Assembly (NCBI GenBank): GCA_963695545.1
Contig: OY968796.1
Span: 4,000,001 to 4,064,000 of the forward strand
Direction of reading: 5' to 3'
Origin: Terriglobia bacterium
GTDB taxonomy: Bacteria; Acidobacteriota; Terriglobia; Acidiferrales; UBA7541
DNA length: 64,000 nt
The notes below the pieces were generated by a model that ran no database searches, was not told the origin of the DNA, and saw nothing but the letters and a program-made list of their open reading frames with translations. A program made the position numbers and the translations under genes. Positions 29,632 to 38,385 of the stretch are shown piece by piece. The first letter of the stretch is position 1. Every line of letters begins with the position of its first letter.

Positions 29632-29717
29632 ACGTGAAGGGATGTAGCCGGGAAATCAGCGGATATCGTGAGCGAAGCCGGAAGAGTTACAATTCAGTAA
29701 TTCAATAATTGAGTAAA

Positions 29718-29793
29718 TGGTGGAGCCGGGGGGATTCGAACCCCCGACCTCCTCGATGCCATCGAGGCGCGCTCCCAACTGCGCCACGGCCCC
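29718..29793 (-). tRNA. tRNA-Ala (GGC)
   Basis: Reverse complement begins GGGGCCGTGGCGCAGTTGGGAGCGCG, anticodon arm CCTCGA-TGGCA-TCGAGG, T-loop GTTCGAATC, encoded CCA; 76 nt. Confidence 0.97.
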
Positions 29794-29813
29794 ACCGCGC
29801 GGAACGTCGAAAA

Positions 29814-29842
29814 ACTCTAACACCCCGTCACCACACGGTCAA
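29814..29842 (-). promoter_or_regulatory. Putative sigma70 promoter of tRNA-Ala
   Basis: TTGACC-17 nt-TAGAGT on the minus strand, ~20 nt upstream of the tRNA. Confidence 0.65.
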
Positions 29843-30003
29843 ACCACCCGCTCGAACGGAACGAACGCTCGCTAGAGTCGAAAAAGCGCACAAGTTATGT
29901 TGGCGCGCGAGTCGAACGAGCACACGAATCGAACGAACATGCGAGTCGAACGAGAACTCGAACTGAGCGAGCGCGCGAGTCGAGCCTGCGCACGCAAATC
30001 GCG

Positions 30004-31251
30004 CTAGCGCACGATTTCGAGATCTGGAGCGGCGGGTTTCTTCGGCGCCGGCTTCGGCTTCGCCTCGGCGAAATCCGCCAGCTCGAGGCGGAGGTTTCCG
30101 TTATTGGTCGCGAATCCGAGCCCGATATCCATCGTAATCACGCCCGAGCGAATCAGTTGTTCAATCACGCCGTCGAAGTGCAGCATGCCCTCGGTTTCGC
30201 CGTCGCGCATCGCATCGAGCAGAGACTTGCCTTCGGTTTCGCCCTTCTCGACATACTCGCGCGTGCGCATGGTGGATTTCAGGATTTCGATCGCGGCGAT
30301 CCGCCCCGTGCCGTCCGCGCGAGGAATCAATCGCTGCGAAATGATGAAGCGGAAAGCCTTGGCGAGACGCGTGCGGATGGCTTGGCGATTATCCATCGGG
30401 AACGCACCGATGATGCGCTCGACGGTCTTCGATGCATCGATGGTATGGAGCGTGGAGAAAACCAGATGCCCAGTTTCGGCGGCTTCGAGCGCGATTTCCA
30501 TGGTTTCGCGATCGCGCATTTCGCCAACCAGAATCACTTTGGGCGCCTGGCGCAAGGCAGCGCGCAAGGCCAGCGCGAAACTCGGCGTATCGGCGTAAAG
30601 TTCGCGCTGGTGGATGGTGCATTTCTTGTGGTTGTGCAGGAATTCGATGGGATCTTCGATGGTCAGGACGTGGTAGGCCTTCTCTTCGTTGATCCGATTC
30701 ACGATGGCGGCCAGCGTCGAGGATTTTCCCGATCCGGTTGGTCCAGTCACCAACACGATGCCGTTGCGCAGATCGCAGATCTCACCCAGTTGCGCGGGGA
30801 GGTTCAGCAATTTGAAATCGGGGATAATGTTGGGAATCACGCGCATCACGATGGCGCACGTCCCGCGCTGTCGAAAGACATTCACGCGGAAGCGCGCGAC
30901 TTGCGCGATGCTGTACGAAAAGTCCGCCGATCCCTCGTCCGCGAGCTTACGCGCGGCGAATTCGCTGCGTTCCATCAGGTCATTGGCCACGTTCTGCACC
31001 GCCGCGGGCGTCAACTTGCCCACGCCGGCAATTTGCACCTCGATCAGCTGGCCGCTGCGCTCCACTTGCGGGGCGCGGCCTGGCGAAAAAATCAGGTCGC
31101 TCACGTTGTCCGACGCTTTCAGCATCGCGACGATGATTTGCGGCGTTGTAGGCGCCGGTGGCGCACCGGCTGGGCTGGGATTCGGGCCCGCGCCGAGATT
31201 CTGGGCTGGTGACGCAGCCGGTGGTTTTGGGGTTGAAGGGGCGGATTCCAT
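30004..31251 (-). CDS. pilT: PilT/PilU-family type IV pilus retraction ATPase
   Basis: GPTGSGKSST, TIEDPIE, ALRQAPKVILVGEMRD, AETGHLVFSTLHT, AIR-like 'AIRTRL'. Confidence 0.92.
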   Translation of the reverse strand: MESAPSTPKPPAASPAQNLGAGPNPSPAGAPPAPTTPQIIVAMLKASDNVSDLIFSPGRAPQVERSGQLIEVQIAGVGKLTPAAVQNVANDLMERSEFAARKLADEGSADFSYSIAQVARFRVNVFRQRGTCAIVMRVIPNIIPDFKLLNLPAQLGEICDLRNGIVLVTGPTGSGKSSTLAAIVNRINEEKAYHVLTIEDPIEFLHNHKKCTIHQRELYADTPSFALALRAALRQAPKVILVGEMRDRETMEIALEAAETGHLVFSTLHTIDASKTVERIIGAFPMDNRQAIRTRLAKAFRFIISQRLIPRADGTGRIAAIEILKSTMRTREYVEKGETEGKSLLDAMRDGETEGMLHFDGVIEQLIRSGVITMDIGLGFATNNGNLRLELADFAEAKPKPAPKKPAAPDLEIVR

Positions 31252-31332
31252 GTCACTCTCCTGGGATAAGGCGATTCACAAGACTGAGGGCGACGGAGAG
31301 CCCGCAGCTATTACTCAATAATTGGAACACGA

Positions 31333-31752
31333 TTACGCGCCGTTTGACGACGCCTTGGACTTTCCGCCGCGCTTGCGCACGCCGGCGAGGCCGAGTTCCC
31401 GCTCAATGGCGCGGGCCGATTTTGGCGGCAGCTCGATGAATTCCACGCCGACGCCGACGCCGGGGATGCAATAGCGGACTTCGCTGCGTGCGACCACGTC
31501 GGCGTTAGAGCGCGTCAAGCGAAAGTGCAGCTTCAACACGGCGCCTTCCGGATAGCGACGATCGGTATTGATGAACATTCCGCGCAGACTGATGTCGGGT
31601 GGCCGAAGCGAGACGACTTCGCTATAACCCTCGTACACGAGCGAGAGATTACGGAGGTGTGGCAGGCGCGCCTCCTCGCGCGTCGGCCAGAAGTTGTTCG
31701 CGGCCTTCTTCGAGGTCTTCGGGGATTTCGTCGAAGTTTTCACAGGAGTCAT
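31333..31752 (-). CDS. Stand-alone PilZ-domain protein
   Basis: REEAR (RxxxR) and DISLRG (DxSxxG), GVGVEF. Confidence 0.85.
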   Translation of the reverse strand: MTPVKTSTKSPKTSKKAANNFWPTREEARLPHLRNLSLVYEGYSEVVSLRPPDISLRGMFINTDRRYPEGAVLKLHFRLTRSNADVVARSEVRYCIPGVGVGVEFIELPPKSARAIERELGLAGVRKRGGKSKASSNGA

Positions 31753-33650
31753 CGATGTAGGATTCCTTCCGCGGTGTGTTCCAAGTCCCGCGCGTTATTG
31801 GACCGCGCCTTCGGGGTGCACGACGATCCACAGTTCGGGCAAAATCGGCAACCGGAGACGATCTTCTGGCCGCACTTGGGGCAGTCTGCCGCAGTCGCGA
31901 ATTCAAAGGGAACGACGCGCAGAACTTCGTCAAGAGTGGTAACGCCCTCGCGGACCTTGTCCAGGGCATCTTCCTGCATCAAACGCAAACCGTTCGCGCG
32001 AGCGACGTCGCGAATCTGATCCACGCGGCCTTCAGAGCGGACCAACTCCCGGATGGTTTCGTTGAACACGAGCAATTCGTAAATGCCGACACGGCCCCGA
32101 TAGCCCGTCTGATCGCATTCGACGCATCCGACGGCGACGGCCTCGGTGTCGATGGCGTCGAATCGGCCGACTCGGGCCAAGCGCGAGGCCATTTCCGAAG
32201 TCGCCGGCTGGGTTGTGCGGCAAGCGACGCACAGTTTGCGCACGAGGCGCTGCGCCAAGATGCCGGTCACCGACGAAGCGATCAGGTAACCGGGGATGTC
32301 GAGGTCCAGCAAACGCACAACAGCGGAGACGCTGTCGTTGGTGTGCAGAGTGGAGAGGACAAGGTGGCCGGTCTGTGCGGCTTTCATGGCAATCTCAGCA
32401 GTCTCGGTGTCGCGGATTTCGCCGACCATGATGATGTTCGGGTCCTGGCGCAGAATGGAGCGCAGCGAACTGGCGAAGGTGAGGTTGGCGCGCACGTTCA
32501 CGTGCACCTGGTTGATTCCGTCGAGAACGTATTCGACTGGATCCTCAACGGTGACGATGTTCACGGCGATGTCGCGAAGCATGTTGAGCGCCGCATAGAG
32601 AGTGGTGCTCTTCCCCGAGCCGGTGGGTCCCGTGACCAAGAGCATTCCTTGCGGCGCGCGCAGCAGCGTTTCGAGGTGCTTCGATACGGCGCCGGGTAAG
32701 CCCAACTCGGACAAGCTCTGCATCGGCGCCTTCGTGTCCAGAAGGCGCAGAACGACCTTCTCTCCGTACTGCGTGGGCAGAGTGGAAACGCGCAGGTCCA
32801 GCCGCCGCGGGCCGACGATCACCATGAAGCGGCCGTCCTGTGGCGCGCGGCGCTCGGAGATGTCCATGTCGGAAAGGATCTTGATGCGGGAGATGAGCTG
32901 GTTCTGAAGATTGCGAGGCACGCGGTCGAGCTCGCGCAGCACGCCATCCACTCGGATGCGCACCAGAGTTTCCGTTGCCTGCGGCTCGATGTGAATATCG
33001 CTGGCGCGCTTTTGCATCGCGCCCAGGATGATCTGCGACACCAAGCGGACCGCGGGCGTGCGCTTGCTTTTGAGTTCGGCTTGCACCTCGGAGATGGCTT
33101 CCTGATTGGCTTGCCGCGCGCTGGTGGAGACAAACTCCATGTCCGGCAGCACGGCTTGATCGGCTGCGTCGCGGGCGGCCTCGCGCTCCCGCGGCGTTTT
33201 CGGCGCAGCTGCCGCCGCAGGGACGTTGCCGTAATGCCGATCGATGGCCGCGAAGATCTCAGTACGAAAACCAAGGCGCGGAGAAACGCTGAGGCCCGAT
33301 GTGAAACGGAGTTCGTCGATTGCACCCAAATTCTGGGGTTCCGCCATGATCACAACCAGACGCGACCCATCGCGCCGAACCGGCAGAACACAGAAACGTT
33401 TGGCCACGGCTTGCGGAATCATCCGCAGCACGTCGGGTTCTACCTCCACGGTGGACGCGTCCACATAGGGAACGTGGGCGACCTCTTCGAGCGCCGAGGC
33501 GAGATCCTTCTGATTGACTAGGCCGCGCTCGAGTAGCAATTCGCCGAGAAAGATGACCTTGCCAGACTGCTCGAGAACAGCTTTATCCAGATCGGCGTTC
33601 GAGATTTGCCCGCGCTCCTGGAGCACTTCGCCGAGTCGTTTGCGTTTCAT
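31749..33650 (-). CDS. pilB: PilB/GspE-family assembly ATPase with MshEN N-terminus and C-terminal zinc ribbon
   Basis: RLGEVLQERGQI..LDKAVLEQ, ASDIHIEP, GPTGSGKSTT, LRQDPNIIMVGEIRD, tetracysteine motif, terminal CPKC..CRFCPNC. Confidence 0.9.
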   Translation of the reverse strand: MKRKRLGEVLQERGQISNADLDKAVLEQSGKVIFLGELLLERGLVNQKDLASALEEVAHVPYVDASTVEVEPDVLRMIPQAVAKRFCVLPVRRDGSRLVVIMAEPQNLGAIDELRFTSGLSVSPRLGFRTEIFAAIDRHYGNVPAAAAAPKTPREREAARDAADQAVLPDMEFVSTSARQANQEAISEVQAELKSKRTPAVRLVSQIILGAMQKRASDIHIEPQATETLVRIRVDGVLRELDRVPRNLQNQLISRIKILSDMDISERRAPQDGRFMVIVGPRRLDLRVSTLPTQYGEKVVLRLLDTKAPMQSLSELGLPGAVSKHLETLLRAPQGMLLVTGPTGSGKSTTLYAALNMLRDIAVNIVTVEDPVEYVLDGINQVHVNVRANLTFASSLRSILRQDPNIIMVGEIRDTETAEIAMKAAQTGHLVLSTLHTNDSVSAVVRLLDLDIPGYLIASSVTGILAQRLVRKLCVACRTTQPATSEMASRLARVGRFDAIDTEAVAVGCVECDQTGYRGRVGIYELLVFNETIRELVRSEGRVDQIRDVARANGLRLMQEDALDKVREGVTTLDEVLRVVPFEFATAADCPKCGQKIVSGCRFCPNCGSSCTPKARSNNARDLEHTAEGILHR

Positions 33651-34059
33651 GGCTTTTGTTAGTCGCAAGATTCCCAAGGACGCAATTGAGGAAGGGGCCC
33701 AATTTTGTCTTCTCGATTATCGCACTCGCTATGGCGCGAATCCGGGGCAAAACTGCGGGCATTTGCCTGAGCAGTAACGGCCAGTGGCACAGGGGCGCGT
33801 CACGGCAAGGGATTCATGTTCGACGTGTATGTCGCGGGCGCTCCGGCGCCGGTGAGCGCTCCGCGACTCACGACATGTGCGGCCGAGGCCGAAATAGCTA
33901 TAAAAATGCCCCAAGGATGAGCGGAGAGGAGCTGAGGAAGGCGTGGTGGGGTGAAACTAAGAGGCGAGTTCCGAGTCGGGACGCCAGTTCCCAATTGAGT
34001 ACACGGGACGATGCTGGTTAGAGTCAGGCACGACCAGAGAATTTCACTAACAGATTAAT

Positions 34060-34113
34060 AATCAGCATCTTGCAAACGCGAGCAGATGTGCTCGGGATTG
34101 GCTTGCGTCGTGC
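34060..34113 (+). promoter_or_regulatory. Putative sigma54 (-24/-12) promoter with upstream IHF-like site
   Basis: TTGGCTTGCGTCGTGCA (GG-N10-GC, 34100-34113); AATCAGCATCTTG (34060-34072) fits WATCARNNNNTTR. Confidence 0.45.
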
Positions 34114-34124
34114 AATATCCCGGC

Positions 34125-34325
34125 CCGTGCGTGCATTCCGATGACGGTCTACACGGGTCGGCGAGCGAGGGGGAAGGGGCTTGCTCAAGGACTTTTGTGG
34201 ATCGTTCCCACCTGCCTCTGAGAGGGAAGCTAGGATGGATAACCCCACGCCCCGGTCAAAAAAAGACCGGGAAACGGAATGCACATTCGGGGCCCTTGAT
34301 CCCAAGCAAGGGCCCCTATTTTTTT
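34125..34325 (+). ncRNA. Candidate structured small RNA, family unknown
   Basis: Perfect 10-bp closing helix GTGCATTCCG/CGGAATGCAC, internal hairpins and an intrinsic terminator; no credible ORF. Confidence 0.5.
34289..34325 (+). terminator. Rho-independent terminator
   Basis: GGGGCCCTTG-8 nt-CAAGGGCCCC followed by TATTTTTTT. Confidence 0.8.
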
Positions 34326-34474
34326 GTGTAGTGCCCGCGGAAAATCCACAAGCGTCTCGTAATTTTTGGCTTGAAAATTAAGCTGCGAAAATTGCCGGCG
34401 AGCGCGAAGCACAGAGAGGGCGCCTCAGCTAATTTCGCGACGACGGCGAGGAGTTGCGTTTCGCAAATCCGCGA

Positions 34475-34723
34475 TTAGAGTTCGGCGATTGCGGGGGCGG
34501 GCGCATCCACGCGGCCGACGATGGGTATCTTGGCGAGGCGCAGAATGTGGATGACTTCGGTGGGCTTTAGGCGCGACGCGTCGTATTCGAAGGTCAGGCG
34601 GCGGCCGTCGTCGCTGGCGCGAAAGCGGCGCAGGCCATAGGTGTTGGCGAACGAGCCGAGCGCGATCATTTGCGTGTCGGCTAGCGGCTCTTGCAGTTCG
34701 TAGGTCACTTCCACGGTGGTCAT
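34475..34723 (-). CDS. Small hypothetical protein (HMA/ferredoxin-like pattern without CxxC)
   Basis: 82 aa, YG.RR....LTFEYDASRL...V..IL pattern; divergent from csoR. Confidence 0.65.
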   Translation of the reverse strand: MTTVEVTYELQEPLADTQMIALGSFANTYGLRRFRASDDGRRLTFEYDASRLKPTEVIHILRLAKIPIVGRVDAPAPAIAEL

Positions 34724-34774
34724 ATTGGTATTTTACCAGAGGCGGAGGCTGGACGCTGGTATGCGTTCCGTGCT

Positions 34775-34795
34775 ATATACCCCCCAGGGGTATAT
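34775..34795. promoter_or_regulatory. CsoR-type operator
   Basis: ATATACCCC-cca-GGGGTATAT inverted repeat with C/G tracts immediately upstream of csoR. Confidence 0.85.
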
Positions 34796-34806
34796 GAGGA
34801 GACGCG

Positions 34807-35181
34807 ATGCCGGCCCGAACGAAGCGACACTCCAAGCGCGCCCAGCAAGATCAACATGCCGACTGCGGCTGCGAAACTCACGCGCGGCCACGCCACGCAC
34901 TGGCGGTGGATCCGCATATCAAGACGTCGAATTTGAAACGGCTGCGCCGCATCGCGGGGCAAGTGCGCGGCCTCGAGCGCATGGTCGGCGAAGATCGATA
35001 TTGTGCCGACGTGCTGATTCAAATCGCATCCGTGCAGCAGGCGCTGCGCGCGGTGGGGCGGGGACTGATGCAAAACCATCTGCGGCACTGTGTTTCTGAA
35101 GCCATTCGGAAGGGCTCGCCGGGACAGACCGCGGCGATACAAGACGAACTGCTCTCGCTGATGTACACCTATTTGCACTGA
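34807..35181 (+). CDS. csoR: CsoR-family copper-sensing repressor
   Basis: RLRRIAGQVRGLERMV..RYCADVLIQI..NHLRHCV (C-H-C ligand set). Confidence 0.92.
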   Translation: MPARTKRHSKRAQQDQHADCGCETHARPRHALAVDPHIKTSNLKRLRRIAGQVRGLERMVGEDRYCADVLIQIASVQQALRAVGRGLMQNHLRHCVSEAIRKGSPGQTAAIQDELLSLMYTYLH

Positions 35182-35207
35182 ACATTTTTCCAGACAGGTA
35201 GAGAGAG

Positions 35208-37604
35208 ATGGCCATGGAGCGAGATCCGGTTTGCGGGATGACGGTTGATCCCGCGAACGCTAAGCACACGATGGAGCACGGCGGCAAAACATTTTTCTTC
35301 TGTTCCGCCGGCTGCCTCGAAAAATTCCGGGCGGAACCTGCGCGTTACGAATCGGCGCGAGAGTTGATCGGAATCGGGCCGGCGAAATCGGGCCCGGCTC
35401 GACCGGGCTCCAGCAAGGCCGCCGCAGCGGCGCAATTCCCTGCTTCCACGCCCACCGAGACAGCAGCGGCGAAATACACGTGTCCGATGCATCCGGAAAT
35501 CGTGCGCGATACACCGGGCGTTTGCCCGATTTGCGGGATGGCGCTGGAGCGGCAAACGATTACGACGGCCGACGAGAAGCCCGATCCTGAACTTCGCTCG
35601 ATGACGATTCGGTTTTGGATTTGCGCGGCGCTGGCGGCACCGATCCTGCTGCTCTCGATGGGCGGCGCGCTGCCGATGGTCGCGGCACTTGCGCCGATGC
35701 GCGCGCGTGTTTGGATCGAATTCGCGCTGGCGACGCCGGCGGTGCTATGGGGCGGCTGGCCATTTTTCGATCGCGGATGGCGGTCGATCGTGCGGCGGCG
35801 GCTGAACATGTTCACGCTGATCGCCACGGGCACGGGTACGGCTTACGTTTACAGCGTGATCGCGACGATCTGGCCGGGAATTTTTCCAGCGGGATTTCGC
35901 GCGGCAGACGGCAGCGTTGGCGTTTACTTCGAGGCGGCCGCCGTTATCACCACACTGGTGTTGCTCGGGCAAGTGCTCGAGCTACGCGCGCGGCGACGCA
36001 CTTCCGATGCATTGCGAAGTTTGCTGAGCCTTGCGCCAAAAACGGCGCGACGCGTTGCGCGCGACGCGGGCGACGCGGGTGGTGCTAACGCGCGCGAAGA
36101 GGACGTGCCGCTGGCGCTCATCGCTCGGGGCGATGAATTGCACGTTCGGCCGGGCGAGCGCGTGCCGGCGGATGGCGTCGTGCTCGAAGGCGCGAGCAGC
36201 GTAGACGAATCGATGGTGACGGGCGAGCCGCTGCCAGTGGAAAAAATCGCCGGGGATCATGTGACCGGCGGAACGCTGAATGGCAGTGGCGGATTTGTGA
36301 TGCGCGCGGAGCGCGTGGGCAGCGAGACGCTGCTAGCGCAGATCGTGAAGATGGTTGGCGACGCGCAACGCAGCCGCGCGCCGATCGAGCGGCTGGCCGA
36401 CGCGTTTTCGGCGTGGTTTGTGCCGGGAGTGATGGTGGCGTCGGCGATCACATTCGTGGTGTGGGCGCTGGTGGGCCCGCAGCCGCGATTGGGATACGCG
36501 CTGGTGAATGCGGTGGCGGTGCTGATTATCGCGTGTCCTTGCGCGCTGGGGCTGGCGACGCCGATTTCGATTCGCGTGGGCGTGGGGCGCGGCGCACTGG
36601 CCGGTGTGCTGATTCGCGACGCGGAGGCGCTCGAGGCGCTGGAAAAAGTGGACACGCTGGTGATCGATAAGACCGGCACGCTGACGGAGGGCAAGCCGCG
36701 CGTGGTGGGCGTCGTAGCGCTCGCCGAAACTGACGGCAATTCCCTGCTGCGGTTCGCGGCGAGCCTTGAACGCGCGAGCGAGCATCCGCTGGCTGGGGCG
36801 ATTCTGGCAGCGGCGCAAGAAAAACAAATCGCGCTGAGCGAAACTTCGGATTTTCGCGCGATCGCGGGAAAAGGGATTGTGGGGCGCATCGCGAACGAAT
36901 CTGTGGCGCTTGGGAATGCGCTGTTGATGCGAGAAATGGGCATCGCGCTTGAGCCGCTGGCGAAATCGGCCGAGAAATTTGGGAGCGAGGGAGCGACGGT
37001 GGTTTATCTGGCGATTGAAAAACGGCTGGCCGGATTGATTGCGGTGGCCGATCCGATAAAGCCGACGGCCAAAGCCACGCTTCGCGAGCTACGGGAGCAA
37101 GGTTTGCGAATCGTGATGGTCACGGGCGATAACCGATTGACGGCTGAAGCCGTGGGGCGCCAGTTGGATATTCAGGAAGTCGTCGCGGAAGTGTTGCCCG
37201 CGCAAAAGGCGGAGACGGTTCGGCGCCTTGAAAGCGAGGGGCGCCGCGTGGCTGTGGCGGGCGACGGAATTAACGACGCGCCGGCACTGGCGGCGGCACG
37301 CGTGGGAATTGCCATGGGAACCGGAGCGGACGTGGCCATCGAAGCAGCGGGGATCACGTTGGTGAAAGGAGACCTTGCGGGGATCGTGCGCGCGCGGCGG
37401 TTGGCCCACGGAACGATGCGCAATATCCGACAAAACCTTTTCTTCGCGTTTGCCTACAACGCAGTGGGAGTGCCGCTGGCGGCGGGGGTGCTGTATCCCG
37501 GGTTCGGTTTATTGCTCAGTCCGATGATCGCTAGCGCGGCGATGAGCGCGAGCTCGATCTCTGTGATAACGAACGCGTTGCGGCTGCGCCGATTGGCGCT
37601 ATGA
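35208..37604 (+). CDS. copA: Cu(I)-translocating P1B-type ATPase with YHS and heavy-metal-binding domains
   Basis: DPVCGM..FCSAGC (YHS), YTCPMHP..CPICGM, TGE, CPC, DKTGT, HP, GDGIND, YN, MxxSS. Confidence 0.95.
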   Translation: MAMERDPVCGMTVDPANAKHTMEHGGKTFFFCSAGCLEKFRAEPARYESARELIGIGPAKSGPARPGSSKAAAAAQFPASTPTETAAAKYTCPMHPEIVRDTPGVCPICGMALERQTITTADEKPDPELRSMTIRFWICAALAAPILLLSMGGALPMVAALAPMRARVWIEFALATPAVLWGGWPFFDRGWRSIVRRRLNMFTLIATGTGTAYVYSVIATIWPGIFPAGFRAADGSVGVYFEAAAVITTLVLLGQVLELRARRRTSDALRSLLSLAPKTARRVARDAGDAGGANAREEDVPLALIARGDELHVRPGERVPADGVVLEGASSVDESMVTGEPLPVEKIAGDHVTGGTLNGSGGFVMRAERVGSETLLAQIVKMVGDAQRSRAPIERLADAFSAWFVPGVMVASAITFVVWALVGPQPRLGYALVNAVAVLIIACPCALGLATPISIRVGVGRGALAGVLIRDAEALEALEKVDTLVIDKTGTLTEGKPRVVGVVALAETDGNSLLRFAASLERASEHPLAGAILAAAQEKQIALSETSDFRAIAGKGIVGRIANESVALGNALLMREMGIALEPLAKSAEKFGSEGATVVYLAIEKRLAGLIAVADPIKPTAKATLRELREQGLRIVMVTGDNRLTAEAVGRQLDIQEVVAEVLPAQKAETVRRLESEGRRVAVAGDGINDAPALAAARVGIAMGTGADVAIEAAGITLVKGDLAGIVRARRLAHGTMRNIRQNLFFAFAYNAVGVPLAAGVLYPGFGLLLSPMIASAAMSASSISVITNALRLRRLAL

Positions 37605-37901
37605 CGAGACAGATCTGAACGCTTAGAACCCCTTCGATTGCAATGGTTTTCGGCACCGGTCGAGCAGCGCCGTGGCGAAGTCCTGCCGGATCATGGCGCG
37701 CGCCTGGACAAAATTCCGCGAAAATTTCGGCGTTGCACGTGAAACATTTTGGAGGTTTCTGCGTCTATCTGGCAAGACCACTCGCTGGGGTAGGAAGCTC
37801 GTAACTCGAACTGACCGTCGGCCTCCTACCCCAGTTCAAAACTCTGAGCCGGAATACTAGTCGCATCTCCCGCGTTTGGGAAGAGGCGACCTCGGCGCGC
37901 G

Positions 37902-38309
37902 CTATCGTGCGACTACGGCGGCCCGCTTCGGGTGGCCGGACATCGCGGGCATTTCGTTCGCGCGCAAGCCGAGCGCAAACATGGGGTGCGGATCCACGCG
38001 GCCCCAGCGATTTAAATCCCACGCGGCGCGAATGAAATTCACTTCAGGCCAGGTGGTCAAATCGAGGACGGCGCGCGTCTGGCCGCGATAGAAACGCTGC
38101 GGCAATTTCAAGATCGGCTGAGGCGTCCAGGTTTCGCCGTCGGCCGAACCTTCGATCGAAACGTCGGCCGATTCCTGTTCGATTTGATCGGTGATTTCCA
38201 TGACTAAGAAAAAAATCCGCGTTTGGCTGGGGCGAATGTCCACGGGCGCGCCTTTGCCATTCGCTTCGAGGCACGTGTCAGGAGGAATCAGATCGAAATC
38301 CATGGGCAT
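37902..38309 (-). CDS. Hypothetical protein
   Basis: GGAG RBS before ATG 38309; 135-aa beta-rich protein-like sequence. Confidence 0.65.
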   Translation of the reverse strand: MPMDFDLIPPDTCLEANGKGAPVDIRPSQTRIFFLVMEITDQIEQESADVSIEGSADGETWTPQPILKLPQRFYRGQTRAVLDLTTWPEVNFIRAAWDLNRWGRVDPHPMFALGLRANEMPAMSGHPKRAAVVAR

Positions 38310-38385
38310 TCGGCGGTCTCCGTGTTGCGGGCGGTTACGTATTTGTCTTCGCGGGCGAATCTTAACACAGCTTCGAGCGGCCGGG

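Noticed and set aside
29850..29990. LexA boxes of the GAAC-N7-GAAC type
   Set aside because: The GAAC spacings I checked were not 7, and no SOS gene lies directly downstream.
33651..34050. c-di-GMP riboswitch upstream of pilB
   Set aside because: No GGCAAAC..GAAA..GGACGCAAAG (class I) or class II core found on the minus strand by eye.
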